A program made the translations under genes and the position numbers. 64,000 nt of DNA from Lama guanicoe (Eukaryota), in the NCBI GenBank assembly GCA_013239625.1, contig MU053487.1, positions 2,501,058 to 2,565,057 on the forward strand. Reading direction: 5' to 3'. Below are positions 12,951 to 24,903 of this stretch, piece by piece. Below the pieces are notes generated by a model. It had not been told where the DNA came from. It searched no databases and saw only the letters and a program-made list of their open reading frames with translations. Within the stretch, counting starts at the first letter, position 1. Each line of letters starts with the position of its first letter.

Positions 12951-14281
12951 GATTTTGGCCCCACAGGGCTCAGCTCTCCAGTTTACCACATTCCCCAAAC
13001 ACTCCCTATTGTCTGTCACAATCCACATATCCTGCCTGGCCTCTTTCTGTAAACACGTGAATCTGTGACCCCCCACCCGAAAGTCATTAAGGAAGATTAC
13101 ATTCGGTGCCCTAGAGGCAAAGATTCTCCTCTTTGGGGAAGAAACAGGAAAATTAAGAGAGGAAATTTCCCCGTCAGAAAAGGCAAAGGCGAAGGCGCAA
13201 GGTAAGGCACAGTGATGGCTACGACCGTGAACTTACTGCCCACAATTTAAATAACAACGCGAGGCACGACTGATGGGTGAGAGACCAGCAATGTGGGTCT
13301 AAGGTTAGAGAGAAGGGAGGGGATGCTGCTGTGGTCAAGTGTTAGATCTCCTTAGCACCCCTTCCCCTCCTTCTGGCTACAGCACCTTGTTTTTTCCTTG
13401 GGAAACTGCCCCAGCCCATTGCATAGAATCACAGAGGGATTTTCAATTAACGTGCTGTGGCCAAGGGGTATGTGTGACCTGGTGACCCAAACCAGGCCAT
13501 TCACACTTTCTTCCAGGAATTTGAATCTTGAGCACAGGAACACAAGGATAGAAAACCTATCCAAACGGAGACTCCTTGAAGGAACCATCCATTAACTCCT
13601 GCTACCTGGGCTTCTCAGGTATGGGAATTCCTTCTCTTTCTGGGGCCGATCATATCAGATTCTGTAAAGTCTGTGAGCTTTCCCATACCATTCTAGTAAG
13701 GTGTTGTAACGGTCATTTTCTATTGCTGGCAACCTGAGAACACTCCCTGCCTGCTCCTGGAGAATGTGGGATGTCAGCCGACAGGAATAGTTATTCCGGG
13801 TGAAGAGCACGTTGTCAGTAAAGCCTCTCAAGAACTCTGCTCAGCCTAGCTCAAAGGGATACTTTAAGGGAGGAAGGTGAGAAATCGGAAGCCTTCGAGT
13901 GGGAGAGTCCTTTCTCCTAGAGAACAGGTTCCGGTGGTGTTGATGGACACACTGCTGGGTCGTCGTCAGTAAACAGCAGATTAGTTAGAGGGAGTCAGCA
14001 GAGCACAGGGCAGGATGCGTCAGAACTTGGGGATGCGCCAAGAAAGCAGGTTCTGTAGGAAGTCTCATCCACCAGGTGAGCTGAGGCAGCAAAGCGCTGG
14101 GAACCATTACTGAAGAGAAACCAGAGCAATGGAGGAGGGCAGAGTATGGGAATGCAGTGATCTTCTGTAAAGCATAGAATGGACTCTTCAGTCAGTCGGC
14201 CTGGTTCCATCACTAACTGTGTGATTCTTTTTTTTTTTACCCTTAAATACTCTTATCTCAATTTAATTTAAATTAGAAAAA

Positions 14282-14357
14282 AATAACACTAGTCATCCTT
14301 TATTGAGTGCTTGGCTGGCAAAAACCAAGTACTCAATAAAGGATGGCTAGTGCTATT
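14282..14357. repeat. Inverted repeat / hairpin, 33-bp arms, 10-nt loop
   Basis: Arm 14282-14314 versus reverse complement of 14325-14357: 30/33 identical. Confidence 0.95.
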
Positions 14358-15559
14358 ATTTCTATCCAGAAAATGTTATTATATTCATCCAAATTGTTAA
14401 TTGTCAATTATTATTATTACCAGTTAAACTTCAGGTTCAAAGCCACAGTCCATGCCTGAACACCCACCCACACACAAAACACACAATCATATCTCAGAAA
14501 TAACCCTGGGGCCCAGCCTAAAATTACATACTAGTAAATCTGAAACAAAGCCAATAAGATATCATAAAAGGAAAGATCCAACAGGCATAAACTTGTACTG
14601 TTATGTTAAAAGGGAAAATGGTGGTCAGAGACAGAGCTATGAGATGGACAGGGATCCTGGTGACTGGCAGAGTCAGGATAATAACCTGGGATTACTTCCT
14701 GTTTTGGTAAGATTCTTGGAAACCAGATACAGAACAGCCCATGCTACTTGAACAGGAGTGTGATGGTCCATGACATACACTGTGAGCCCAGGGTACTGGA
14801 CCTACAAATGTAACTGCATTATTAAAATAATCCCATTTATCACTCTTCAAGAAGATGGAGTGATGGAGAAAGTGCTGGCCTGGGAGTTAGAAGTTCTGGA
14901 GTCCCCAGAGGGTCTATTAGGACTTTTGGGAAGTAATCACTCTCTCAAATCCTGGTCATCCCATATTAGTAGCCCCTGACCATGGCATACACAGCCCTCC
15001 TCCACCCTCATGAATATCTCCCACTCTGTCTGGAACACCCTAACCTCACTCCTTCTCCACCTCATCCAGCTGCTCTCAGGATCTCTGAGTTTTAAACACA
15101 GTGTGTCCTTCCCTAGAAACTTATTTTATCCCAAAGGTGAATTTGCAAACATGGACATAGACCTTGGGTCACCACTTGCTAATGAGTTGACCATTTCCCT
15201 GGGTCACTGAGGCATAAGAATTTAAGCTATAAAGCCACTCTTCCCACTACACTCCTGCATGGCAAGAGGGACAAGCATTATTAACCTCATTTTACATGTG
15301 AAGAAACTGAATCTTAGTGAGGTGAAGTGACTTGTCCCAGATCACAGAGTGGGCAAGTGGACAGTCAGCCCCACATCCAACTTGTCTGCTTCAAATCCAG
15401 GGTTATTCCTAGACAGCCTTATTATCTCCAGGTTAGATAGTCTCTGAGGGACCTTTGGCACTCAGGGTCTGGGGAACAGTCCCCTCCAGGTAGAGGGGAG
15501 GCCTTAGGACAAACCTCAGGATGTGTCTAAAATCATCCTAAGAGGTGTTTAGACTGTAT

Positions 15560-16130
15560 CAGTGAACAAGGCACAAAAATCCCCATTTCTGTGGAATTTA
15601 TATTCTAGTGGGAGAGAGAGACAGTAAACAATAAATATAGCAAATAAGCAGATTATATAGTATTATTAAGAGGTAATAAGGGCTACTATAAAGAAAGAAA
15701 AAAGGTGTCAGGATGGGAGGAAGTGTTGCAATTTTAAATAGAGTGGTCAGGGAAGGTTTCCCTCTAAGAAGATGACATTTGAGCAAAGGCTTGAAGAAGA
15801 TCAAAGACTGAACCATGGGATATCTGGGCAAAAGGATTCCAGGCAGACAGAAGAGCTAGTGCAAAGGCCCTGAGGCAGAAGCATTCCAAACATATGCAAG
15901 GAAAAGCAAGGAGGACAGGGGCTGCAGCAGAGTGAGCCAGGGGTCAGAGAGATAAGTGAAGCTGATCCCACAGGGCCTCACCGGCCACTGAAGAACTTTG
16001 ACTTTGACTCTGAGTGAAATAGTAAATCATTGGAAGGTCCCACGCAGAGGAGTGATGTGATCTGATTCATGTTTTAAAAGAATAACTATGGCTGCTGTAT
16101 TAAGAATAGATTGTAGGGAGCTTGGGCAGA
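15560..16130 (-). mobile_element. LINE-2 3' fragment
   Basis: agtgaacaag...attctagtggg.gagagac..taaacaa...tcagggaagg...gacatttgagcaaag..ttgaag, characteristic of antisense L2. Confidence 0.85.
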
Positions 16131-16289
16131 AAAATCTGGGTCCACCAACATGAATAGGTCAGGGAAAAGACAAGAAACCAGCGGAAGAGTGCGCAGAGAG
16201 GAAGGAGAGAAACCAGAGAGTCAGTTTTCCTGGAAGACAAGACGAGAAAGACTTTCAAAGGAGAAAATGGGTCCTACTCAGCCCTCTTC

Positions 16290-16795
16290 CAAGACTGCAG
16301 CAGTGAATGTTCCAAAGAGCAAATCAAGTCATACCATTAGGCTTAAAATAAAACTGTAGATGAATTCCCACTGCCTTCAGGAAAAGTCCAAGGCAATTGT
16401 CAGGGCTTATAAAGCCTTTCATGGACTGACCTCTGCCTACCTCTCACCAGGCCCATCCCTTCTGAAACACTGCTGCTCCCCGAACGTGGGGGACTCTTCA
16501 CACTGGTCTTCACCCTCTCCTTCCTTTGCCTGGAGCACTTTTCTTCCTACTTCCTTCTGGAAATTTCCCATCAGTGCTTCAGGTCTTAGCTGAGAAGAGA
16601 CATTCTCTTTGAAGTCCTCCCTGCTGTGAGCTCCCCGAGCCCCTGTGCTTTCCTGTGCTGTAGCATCCACCACACCAGTGAGGTTGCCTGTTGACCTTCT
16701 GTCTATTCCAACAGAGTGCTAGTTTACTGAAGGCAGAGAGTGTGTCTCCTCCACCTGAAAGAGACTGTAATAAATATTTTTGAATGAATGAGTGA
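16290..16795 (+). mobile_element. LINE-2 3' fragment
   Basis: Degenerate L2 body ending in aataaatattt.tgaatgaatgagtga. Confidence 0.75.
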
Positions 16796-16866
16796 AAAAA
16801 AAAGCACAGTTTGGGTCATGGTGAGTTGTGTTTATGGAATACAGAAGGCAGAGACATCTGGTTGAA

Positions 16867-17070
16867 CAGTGATGGGCTGATGAGTGTTTATCAGCTGGCT
16901 CTTGACAAAGCCCTGACTGGTAGCATTTGTGGAGTGCCATCATGTAAATAAATAGCCTCACGGTGGCGGATTTCAAGCTACCAATGTGACATTGGTAAAT
17001 ACAGAGTTGGGAAGTGATGGGTACAATTGGCTCTAATGAGTTGCAGTGAGGCGGCTCCAGCACACTGCTG
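16867..17070. mobile_element. MER63-like hAT DNA transposon
   Basis: Imperfect TIRs cagtgatgggctg... / ...ggctccagcacactgctg. Confidence 0.65.
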
Positions 17071-17546
17071 CCTGTAGGCAGGCGAATGTGGGAGTGGGAT
17101 GTAGGCTGGAGAAATGGATTTGGTGACCATCTGTGGAGTGGTGGTCGTAGGAGCCAGGGGATCAGCAAGACGACCCATGAGGTCGGCTCAGGGTCCAAAG
17201 AAGAAAACAAGGATAGATTCTGAGGCAACACCAACATGTGCATGGCATGTGGAAAAAGAACCCTCTTTGAAGAAAGAGGCAGGAAGACCTGAAGGAGAAA
17301 ATTAGGAGAAGCAGGTCAGTATTGTGTCATGGAAGCCAGGCGATGGAATCCACGGAGTAGGAATTCTCAAGATCCCCACCGTCAAATAAAGCAGAGTGAT
17401 TCCATAATGTAAGGGCTGGAAAATGTCTATTGCATCTCCAAGTTAGCAGATTATTGCTGCTTAATCAGAGCCGTGAGAGAGGCCAGAGTGAAGAGAGGAA
17501 AATATTTGAAAAGAATGTGTATATGGCCAATGAGGCTGGCATTTTG

Positions 17547-18091
17547 GATGTTATTTTATTTACTATTTCATGACAAATTTCTCCAAAACTTACTAGTTTA
17601 AGACAACAATAAACATGATCTCATAGTGCTCTGGGTCTGGAATTTAGGAGCAGCGTAACTGGCTAGTTCAGACTGGCGATTTCTCGTGAGGTTACAGTTA
17701 AGATGTTGGCCAGGGCTGTGGTCACCTGAAGGCTTGACATCTGAAGCTGGAGGACCTGTTTTCGAGATGGCTTGCTCGTTTGATTGGCAGGTCAGTGCTG
17801 GAAGATGGCAGGAGACCTCAGTCCTTTCCCACAAGGAACTCTCCATACAGCTGCTTGAATGTCCCAACAATATGGCAGCTGGTTTCCTCCAGAGTGGGTG
17901 ATCCAAGAAGAGCATGGCAGAAAAATGTGATGTCTTTTATGACCTAGCCTCAGAAGACATACACCATCACTGCTATAGTATCTTCCTAGTCACCCAGACC
18001 AGCCGTGATTCAGTATGAGTGGGGGCAATGCAAGGGCCCAGATACCAGGAGGAAAGGTTCATCTGGGGCCATCTTGGGGGCTGGCTACCAC
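17547..18091 (-). mobile_element. MLT1 (ERVL-MaLR) solo LTR
   Basis: Typical antisense MLT1 text (acaaatt.ctccaaaactta..agtttaa.acaaca..., ending gggccatcttgggggctggctaccaca). Confidence 0.85.
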
Positions 18092-18711
18092 AGCACGGCG
18101 ACCAGGCAAGGAGCAAGGCAGGGTTGTGAGGCCTGCTGGAGTTAACTGACTTCAGGGTCGCAAGCAGAACTCTGTTATAAATCTGTTTCATGAAATCACA
18201 GGTGTATTTGGGTTTCCCAACAGAGTGATTAGGCCCTCAGTGCCAGTACATCTTCCTGTGGACTTTGATGTTGCTCCCCCAGCAACGTGGAGAATTTTTT
18301 CTGTGAGGACCATGAGCCAGCAGAGGCTGAGGCCTAACATGTGGACCTGGGGTTGAGTCTATTTCAAACACAGATCCCTCGTTTGGAAGGTACATGATGG
18401 CTGGACCTAGAAACCTGTGTAATGAGATAGAAATAGCATGAATATCAGAATGTAAGAGGTGTGTTTACCCTGATTCAGTGGAACCTTAATGATCAGGTTT
18501 TACCTCTTTCTGCCTCTGAGATTCCTTTTTTTCCAATAGTAAAATATATGATTTGGGGAAAATGTTTTGACTTTGCAAGTTTGTGTATCATAAATCTATA
18601 AAGGCTTGTGATGGTACACACAACACCTTCCATAATATTTGAAGATCTGAATCAAGTCTGTGGAAACAACCCGAATTTTCTAGTCAATCACCTTTAGGGT
18701 GAATTCTCTGA

Positions 18712-18730
18712 TGCTGCCATCTTGTGGCCA
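18712..18730 (-). promoter_or_regulatory. CTCF binding motif
   Basis: Minus strand reads TGGCCACAAGATGGCAGCA, a close match to the CTCF core consensus. Confidence 0.7.
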
Positions 18731-19089
18731 CTTGGAATAATAACAACAATAGTGTTAACTTCGGTCCCGTGACTCACCCACCAGACAACATCCAGAGTTC
18801 CTATTCCTCCATCCCATCCAATGGTCCTTTGGATTTTGGATGAATACTTCCCACCCAGACAGCCAGTTTGCAAAACAGTCTATACCTATGTTGTAAAGCT
18901 TTGATTATTAGAATGTTCTTTCTCACACTGATCAAAATTCTAATTATTTAATAACTATTTTAAAAAAATATTTGAAGGAAGCTGCTTATATTTCCACACT
19001 TTCTCCCCCCTAGACTAAGTAGTTCAGCTTCTTCGTCTCTCCTCGTATGATATGATTTCCTGGCCCCTCATCATCCTGTAGTTCTCTTT

Positions 19090-19450
19090 CAGGTCAGGTT
19101 ACCTAGCAGCAGAGTTGGAGACAGGGATTCTAGTAGGAGAGATTTACTGGGGCAACATCCTCAGGGCACACCTGTAGGGGCTTAAAGCAGGATGGGACAA
19201 GGGACAGAACAGGGCGGGGGTGTGGTCTCAGCTGGAGACGATGCCCAGGGCAGCTCTGGAGCGGGAGTGGCACCACGGGGTCATCCCACCCTGAGACATG
19301 CTGTTCAGCCTTTTGTACTGCATGTCACCCAGCCATTGGCTCTGGGGTCATGGGGAGCTCGGATTCACGTTCCTGTTTGGGTGAGGAAGTTAGTGGCCAA
19401 CAGTCCCAGTGTGTGGGGAGAGGGGATCAGTATACCTTCTGCTAAGATAT
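19090..19450 (-). mobile_element. ERVL-type LTR fragment
   Basis: aggtt.ccta.cagcagag...gagacagggatt...gatttactggg motif of antisense LTR16/LTR67-class LTRs. Confidence 0.55.
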
Positions 19451-19836
19451 CCATCTCGATCATGATGCCCAGACCAGGGCCCACATACCTGAGACGTGGT
19501 CTGACACGCAGAATTCAAGGGGACCCTTAAATCCCATTCTCCTCAGCCCAGGATCAGCAGTCCAAGCTCACGCTGAGGCTGTGATAACATAAACCCCAAG
19601 ACATTTTTCACGTAAAACTGGTCCCAACCCAAGCATCTTCCATCAGTGCTCTTGGTGTGGTGATACCAAAAACAAAAGCACTTTTATTCCTTTAAAGTGT
19701 CATGTTGCTGTTCTGAGCTCATATGCTAGTGAATGGAGTTCTTTCTGAATTGCGACTTTGTAGTTCTAACCCAGCACTCTCTGCTGTTACCTGCAGACTT
19801 GAGTGTCTTTAGTGACTTTCAACTTTCTTGTCTGTT

Positions 19837-20351
19837 TTTGAAGTATAGTTGATTTACAATGTTGTGTTGGTTTCTGGTGTACAGCATAATGATTCATATA
19901 TATATATTCTTTTTCATATTCTTTATCATTATAGGTTATTATAGGATATTGAATATAGTTCCCTGTGATATACAGTAGGTCCTTGTTGCTTATCTATTTT
20001 ATATAGTAGCATCTGCAAATCCCAAATTCCTTATTTATGCCTCTCCCCTTTTCTCCCCTGCTAACCATAAGTTTGTTTTCAATGTCTGTGAGCCTGTTTC
20101 TTTTTTGTAAATAAGTTCATTTGTTCTTTTTTTAGATTCCACATATAAGTGTGGTGTGTGTATTTGTATATGTATGTGTATGTGTGTGTGTGGTGGAATA
20201 TTACTCCACCATAAAAAATAATGAAATAATGCCATTTGCAGCAACATGGATGAACCTAGAGATTATCATACTAAGTGGAGTAAGTCAGACAGAGAAAGAC
20301 AAACATATGATATCACTTACATGTGGAATCTAAAAAACTGACACAAATGAA
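19837..20351 (-). mobile_element. 5'-inverted, truncated LINE-1 with 10-bp TSD
   Basis: Minus-strand L1 3'UTR (19837 to about 20150) joined to a plus-strand L1 segment (about 20150-20351). TSD cttgtctgtt at 19827-19836 and 20352-20361. Confidence 0.85.
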
Positions 20352-22447
20352 CTTGTCTGTTCTGGACACAGGATGGCTGGTCATCTCTTAGTTTCTGGCT
20401 CTTTGAAGTGACTCACTGTCCCCACCTGATGGTTTCTGTTCTGTTGCTTCCACCCACTCATCATCCCCTTTAACTTTAGTTAAAAACAGGTAGGAGCAGG
20501 CCTGAGCCCAGGGCCCAAGAGAGTCAGCCAAGGTCTAACAGAAAACTGAATCTGAGATAATCAGACAGCCCGGAACCCAGGTAGTTGAGGGGACAATTCT
20601 GGGTGACCAACACTACAAACTCGAGGATACCAGCACAGTAACTCTGAGCCTTGTGGTAGCTTGACAGGAGGTGAGAAGATGTCTCAGAATAATTTAGGGA
20701 ATGTATTCAACTAATATTCAACTTACCTAAAGGCATTTCAGAGTAGTGTGTGATTACCTAGGACTTTATAATTTGTAGAGGGTTCTCCTTGATAATTGTC
20801 CTCATCCATTCTCTAGGATGATGTTTCTCACGTATCCAACTGCAGCATCACCTTCAGTATCAGGCCCAGAGGAGGTAGGCACCGTGATGCTTCCACCCTC
20901 CTTCCATCCATCCACCAGGGTAGCAGAGGTCACCCCTCACCTCTGGCCCGACAGTGTTGGGCACAGCCTTCTCTCCCCAGGCCTCCATCAGCAGAGGGAG
21001 GCGTCACTGTCAGCAGTCCTGCAACCAGATTTCTCTCTGCCAGCCTCATCTAGAACTGGGAAACCCTTTCCCCAAAAGGGATGGATGAAAAGGGTCACAG
21101 AAGGCCAGAGGCCACCCCAGAGGGATGTGTGTCCCACCCACCCTTTGAGAAACACCGACTCACAGCACATACTCTGTGGAGAATTATCTAATTATTCCAT
21201 GGTCATTCCATCCGCCCACCCTCTCTGTCACTTCCGGACCAAAGACCTAAAAACCTTGAGGATAATGAGACTGCACAGCGGAAACCACAGTAGAAACCTA
21301 TCACGTGAATTACCTTGGACCATGAAATATGCTTTTCCCAGCTAGTTAGAGCCACACAGCTTTCCATGTGACACATCCTCTCCTGTTTGTTAGTCTAGTC
21401 TCCAAATTCAGTAGGTTTTACACAGTTGGGCTCTCTTTACAAAGCACCTTAAATTGTGGTTACAATATCAAGCAGGGACGAGGGACGCACTGCCCCAAAG
21501 TCAGGCGTAAGGCAGCTTCTGTACTGAGAGGCTTTACTCTGGGCGCTTGACTTTGGAGCACTGTATCTGTCTACATTTAAAACAGTTGATTGTTTTTAAT
21601 GTGATGAAAGCATTCCAGTTAGAAAAGGTCACAGTGAAGAGTAAGTTCCCTTCTCATCCCTTCCCTTGGCTCAAGTCTCTTTCCCCAGAGGCAAAAAAAA
21701 AAAAAAATTTTACCTCCTTTTTTTCGTTGTTTTTCTTGTCATCTTTATTCAGATATTTTGTAGCAATCATATTACAAATTACAGTAAATGTTTAAAATCC
21801 CAGAATTCAAAAATATTTACATCCAACGAACGTAAAACCCAGTCAGATGCAAAACAGAAGTTTAACATGATCCTAAATTGAACTGCAAACCCAAAATAGA
21901 CCAGAGTTGATGAAGACTACTTAATCTACAAAGTGGACATACATGGCTGAAACCAGAGGACTCCCTTTGTCTGAATAACCCAATGTACAAAATCCAGCAG
22001 ATCCAGGTAAAAGCCCAAAGTCAAGCCTACCGCATGATTACAAATAATAATTATAATGACAATGGCACTCAGCTACAGGACCTGACACTGAAGATACCTA
22101 CTGAATAGCACCATAGCTGAACCAACTGAGTTAAAAGCTGGAAGATAAGATGCTACCAGCTCACTCCTTGTTACCAGTGTCTTGTGAGTCTTTAATCATG
22201 GCTGCCCTTCCAAGTATACATCAGTTGTGCTATATGCATGATATTCCTAATTTCTTTGAAATAGTGTTCAAATAATGTTTTAAGAACTCTTCCTTTCATG
22301 TCATACTGCCTTGTTTTGGGTTTCCTTAAAAACAGAGCCTGAAGCAAGGACCCAGGAGCAAGCTGTCTGTTAGGGAGGTGACTGGGGAGCAGAAGTGAAG
22401 GAGTAGAGACAGCAAGACACGGAAGGGAGAAAAACAAAGACAGGAAA

Positions 22448-22908
22448 AACACAATGGAATACTACTCAGCCATGAAAAAGAAGGATATTTTGCCATTTGC
22501 AGCAGCATGGATGGATTTGGAGGGTATTGTGCTAAGTGAAATAAGTCTGACAGAGAAAGACAAATACTGTATGATCTCACTTATATATGGACTCTACAAA
22601 ATATAACAAACTAGTGAATATAGCAAAAAAGAAGTAGACTCACAGATAAAGAAACTAGTGGTACCCAACTGGTAACTAGTAGTTACCAGTGGGAAGAGAG
22701 AAGTGGGGAGGGGGCAATATAGAAGTGCAGGATTAAGAGGTACAAATTATTAGGTATAAAATAAGCTACAATGATATATGTATAATGGAATATATCCAGT
22801 ATTTTATAATAACTATAAATGGGGTATAACCTTTAAAAATTGTGACTCTCTATCTTGTATACCTATAACATAAAATATTGTACATCAACTGTACTTCAAT
22901 TTAAAAAA
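22448..22908 (+). mobile_element. LINE-1 3' end (preceded by an LTR fragment at about 22310-22447)
   Basis: acaatggaatactactcagcc...tttgcagcagcatggatgga...tacatcaactgtacttcaatttaaaaaa. Confidence 0.9.
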
Positions 22909-24717
22909 TCTAAGGAACATCAGCAGTGAATGCATACTCAAGAATTTTATTTTGGATATACTAAGTTTTAAATGATTTTGTGTACATCCAATGAAGAAGT
23001 TAAGGAGGCACTTGGCAAAAAGAGTCGAATTATTCACAATCAATAAAATGGAGCTGTTTAGTTTCTCCAGAAACAAGGCCCTCCTCTGACATAATAATGT
23101 CTGTTACCACCCAGGCTTTCTTTTGCCTGCTGACTGATGTCAGTTAACTAGAGCCTGAGCATTATATAAGACTCTACTGAGAGTTATTCAGAAGATAAAC
23201 AGCCAGCCTTTACTGTTAGTGGCAGTTGCTTTCCAGACACCAAAATCACCCCCTGAGGTCTTTTATTCAGTGATGCCCCCAGATGATGCTTTCCACAAAC
23301 TTCTTACTTATGTCTTCTTGGATGTTTTTCAATATGTTAGTCCAGAAAGTGGAAGCCATTACCACCCTCATTCATTTTTCATGCAGTATTGTAACTGGAA
23401 TCGTGGGTTCAGCAAGAGGAACTGGAAGCCATGTTAATAATGAATGCTAGGCACAGCTGGCAGGCACTCCTGTCGTCCTAACATCACTGAGAGCATCAGA
23501 GCAGAGGCATACCTGTGGCAACACACTGCCTCCCTTCTGCTGTGAGGTCGGTAACACAGGGACTAGAGGTGAACCTTTAGCTTTCTGCCTTCGTTAGTGG
23601 TCCTCCAGCACCCGTGAATCATTCAAGGGTGAATCTAACTCAATAGGACTTTATCCCTCTGTCCCTCCCACCCTCCCCTCCAACAAATATCTCTTAAGCT
23701 CCTGTCCTGTATCAGACAATGCCTTTGACCTTAGAATCTGCATATAGCAAGTTCTGCAAATGCTCTTCATGTAAGTGGTTCATAGAACTGGGATGTAGGA
23801 GAACCATCATTGATACTGTGTTTGTCTCTGTAACATCCATTGTATCCAGCCCCCAACCCCACCACACAGATGCTACATTGTGTTTAGGTATCTACCCTTC
23901 TCTGCTCAGCCATGGGCTTCAGGAGAAGCTGGCCAAAGAGGCATACATGCTGTCAATGGAAATAATCAAAAGCAATGTATAATAGGAATAGAAAAGAGTT
24001 TTATTTGAGCCAAATTTAGGACTATAGCCTGGGAGACATAGATTCCAGAAGTACTTGAATTGTGTTCCACCAGACTACTAAATGGGGGAGACTTATAAAG
24101 GCAAAACCCACAAAATTACATAAGAATTAGGATTGGAGCTGGCAGAAAGTAAGGGTGCTGGACATGACTGTTTCTGGATGTAAAGGATAGCACTGGGGCA
24201 GCCACCTTGTGATGATGAGAGGGAGGCTAGCCCAGAAAGGGAGGCTAGCCCAGAAAGGAAGGCTGCCCACCAGGGTGACAGAGCAGCAAGATGGGAGAAA
24301 CTTGTTCCCTGGTGATGCCTTTGAGCTACTGAATTATCCAACCCTGGAGCTGTCCCATCCTTAGACTTCCATGTTAAAAATAACCCATTTCCTTGTTGTT
24401 TAAGTGAGATGAGTTTGGAATTATTTTATACTTTCTGCTAAAAATATTGTAACCAGTACTGAATTTGTATAAGCACTGTTGATACAGAATTTAAGCTTTC
24501 TGTAACTTATGATTAAATGATTGTAACATAATCTCAGGTGGGTTCCCCAGAAGCAAAGCCTGAGATAGGAGTTTGGGTGCACACATGATTTATTGAGGTT
24601 GGGCATTTAGGAGAAACCAGTAAAGGAGGGAGTAAAATAGGAAGGAAAAGGGAAAGAGAAGAATAAGGATGTTTAAGGCAAAGTTGACCCTTGACTGGTC
24701 CTGGGAGGTTCTGGATC

Positions 24718-24903
24718 TGCGTTGTCTAATGTAGTGGCCATTAACCATATGTAGCTATTTAAATTTAAATTTAAAGTAAGTAAAAAGAACTACAGTTTTT
24801 AATTTGGTTCTTTGGTTTCATGTCATGTGCTCAGTAGCCTCGTGTGGCTAAATGGCTACCATATTGGACAGCCATTCATCACGGAAAATTTTACTGGACA
24901 GCA
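24718..24903. mobile_element. MER3 (hAT-Charlie) within an ERVL-type LTR fragment (about 24530-25000)
   Basis: ctgcgttgtctaat...gctatttaaatttaaatt...gtggcta..tggctaccatattggacagc...ttactggacagc. Confidence 0.75.

Noticed and set aside
12057..13076. Multiple overlapping Arg/Pro/Gly/Ala-rich ORFs
   Set aside because: Typical GC-rich CpG-island artefacts on both strands; no homology recognised.
20818..21345. 175-aa plus-strand ORF
   Set aside because: No recognisable protein features, no convincing splice or promoter context; compatible with chance.
24220..24268. Short tandem duplications (18-bp unit here; also 601-636 and about 30022-30085)
   Set aside because: Two to three copies with no unique spacers, inside decayed repeats: slippage products, not CRISPR-like or functional arrays.
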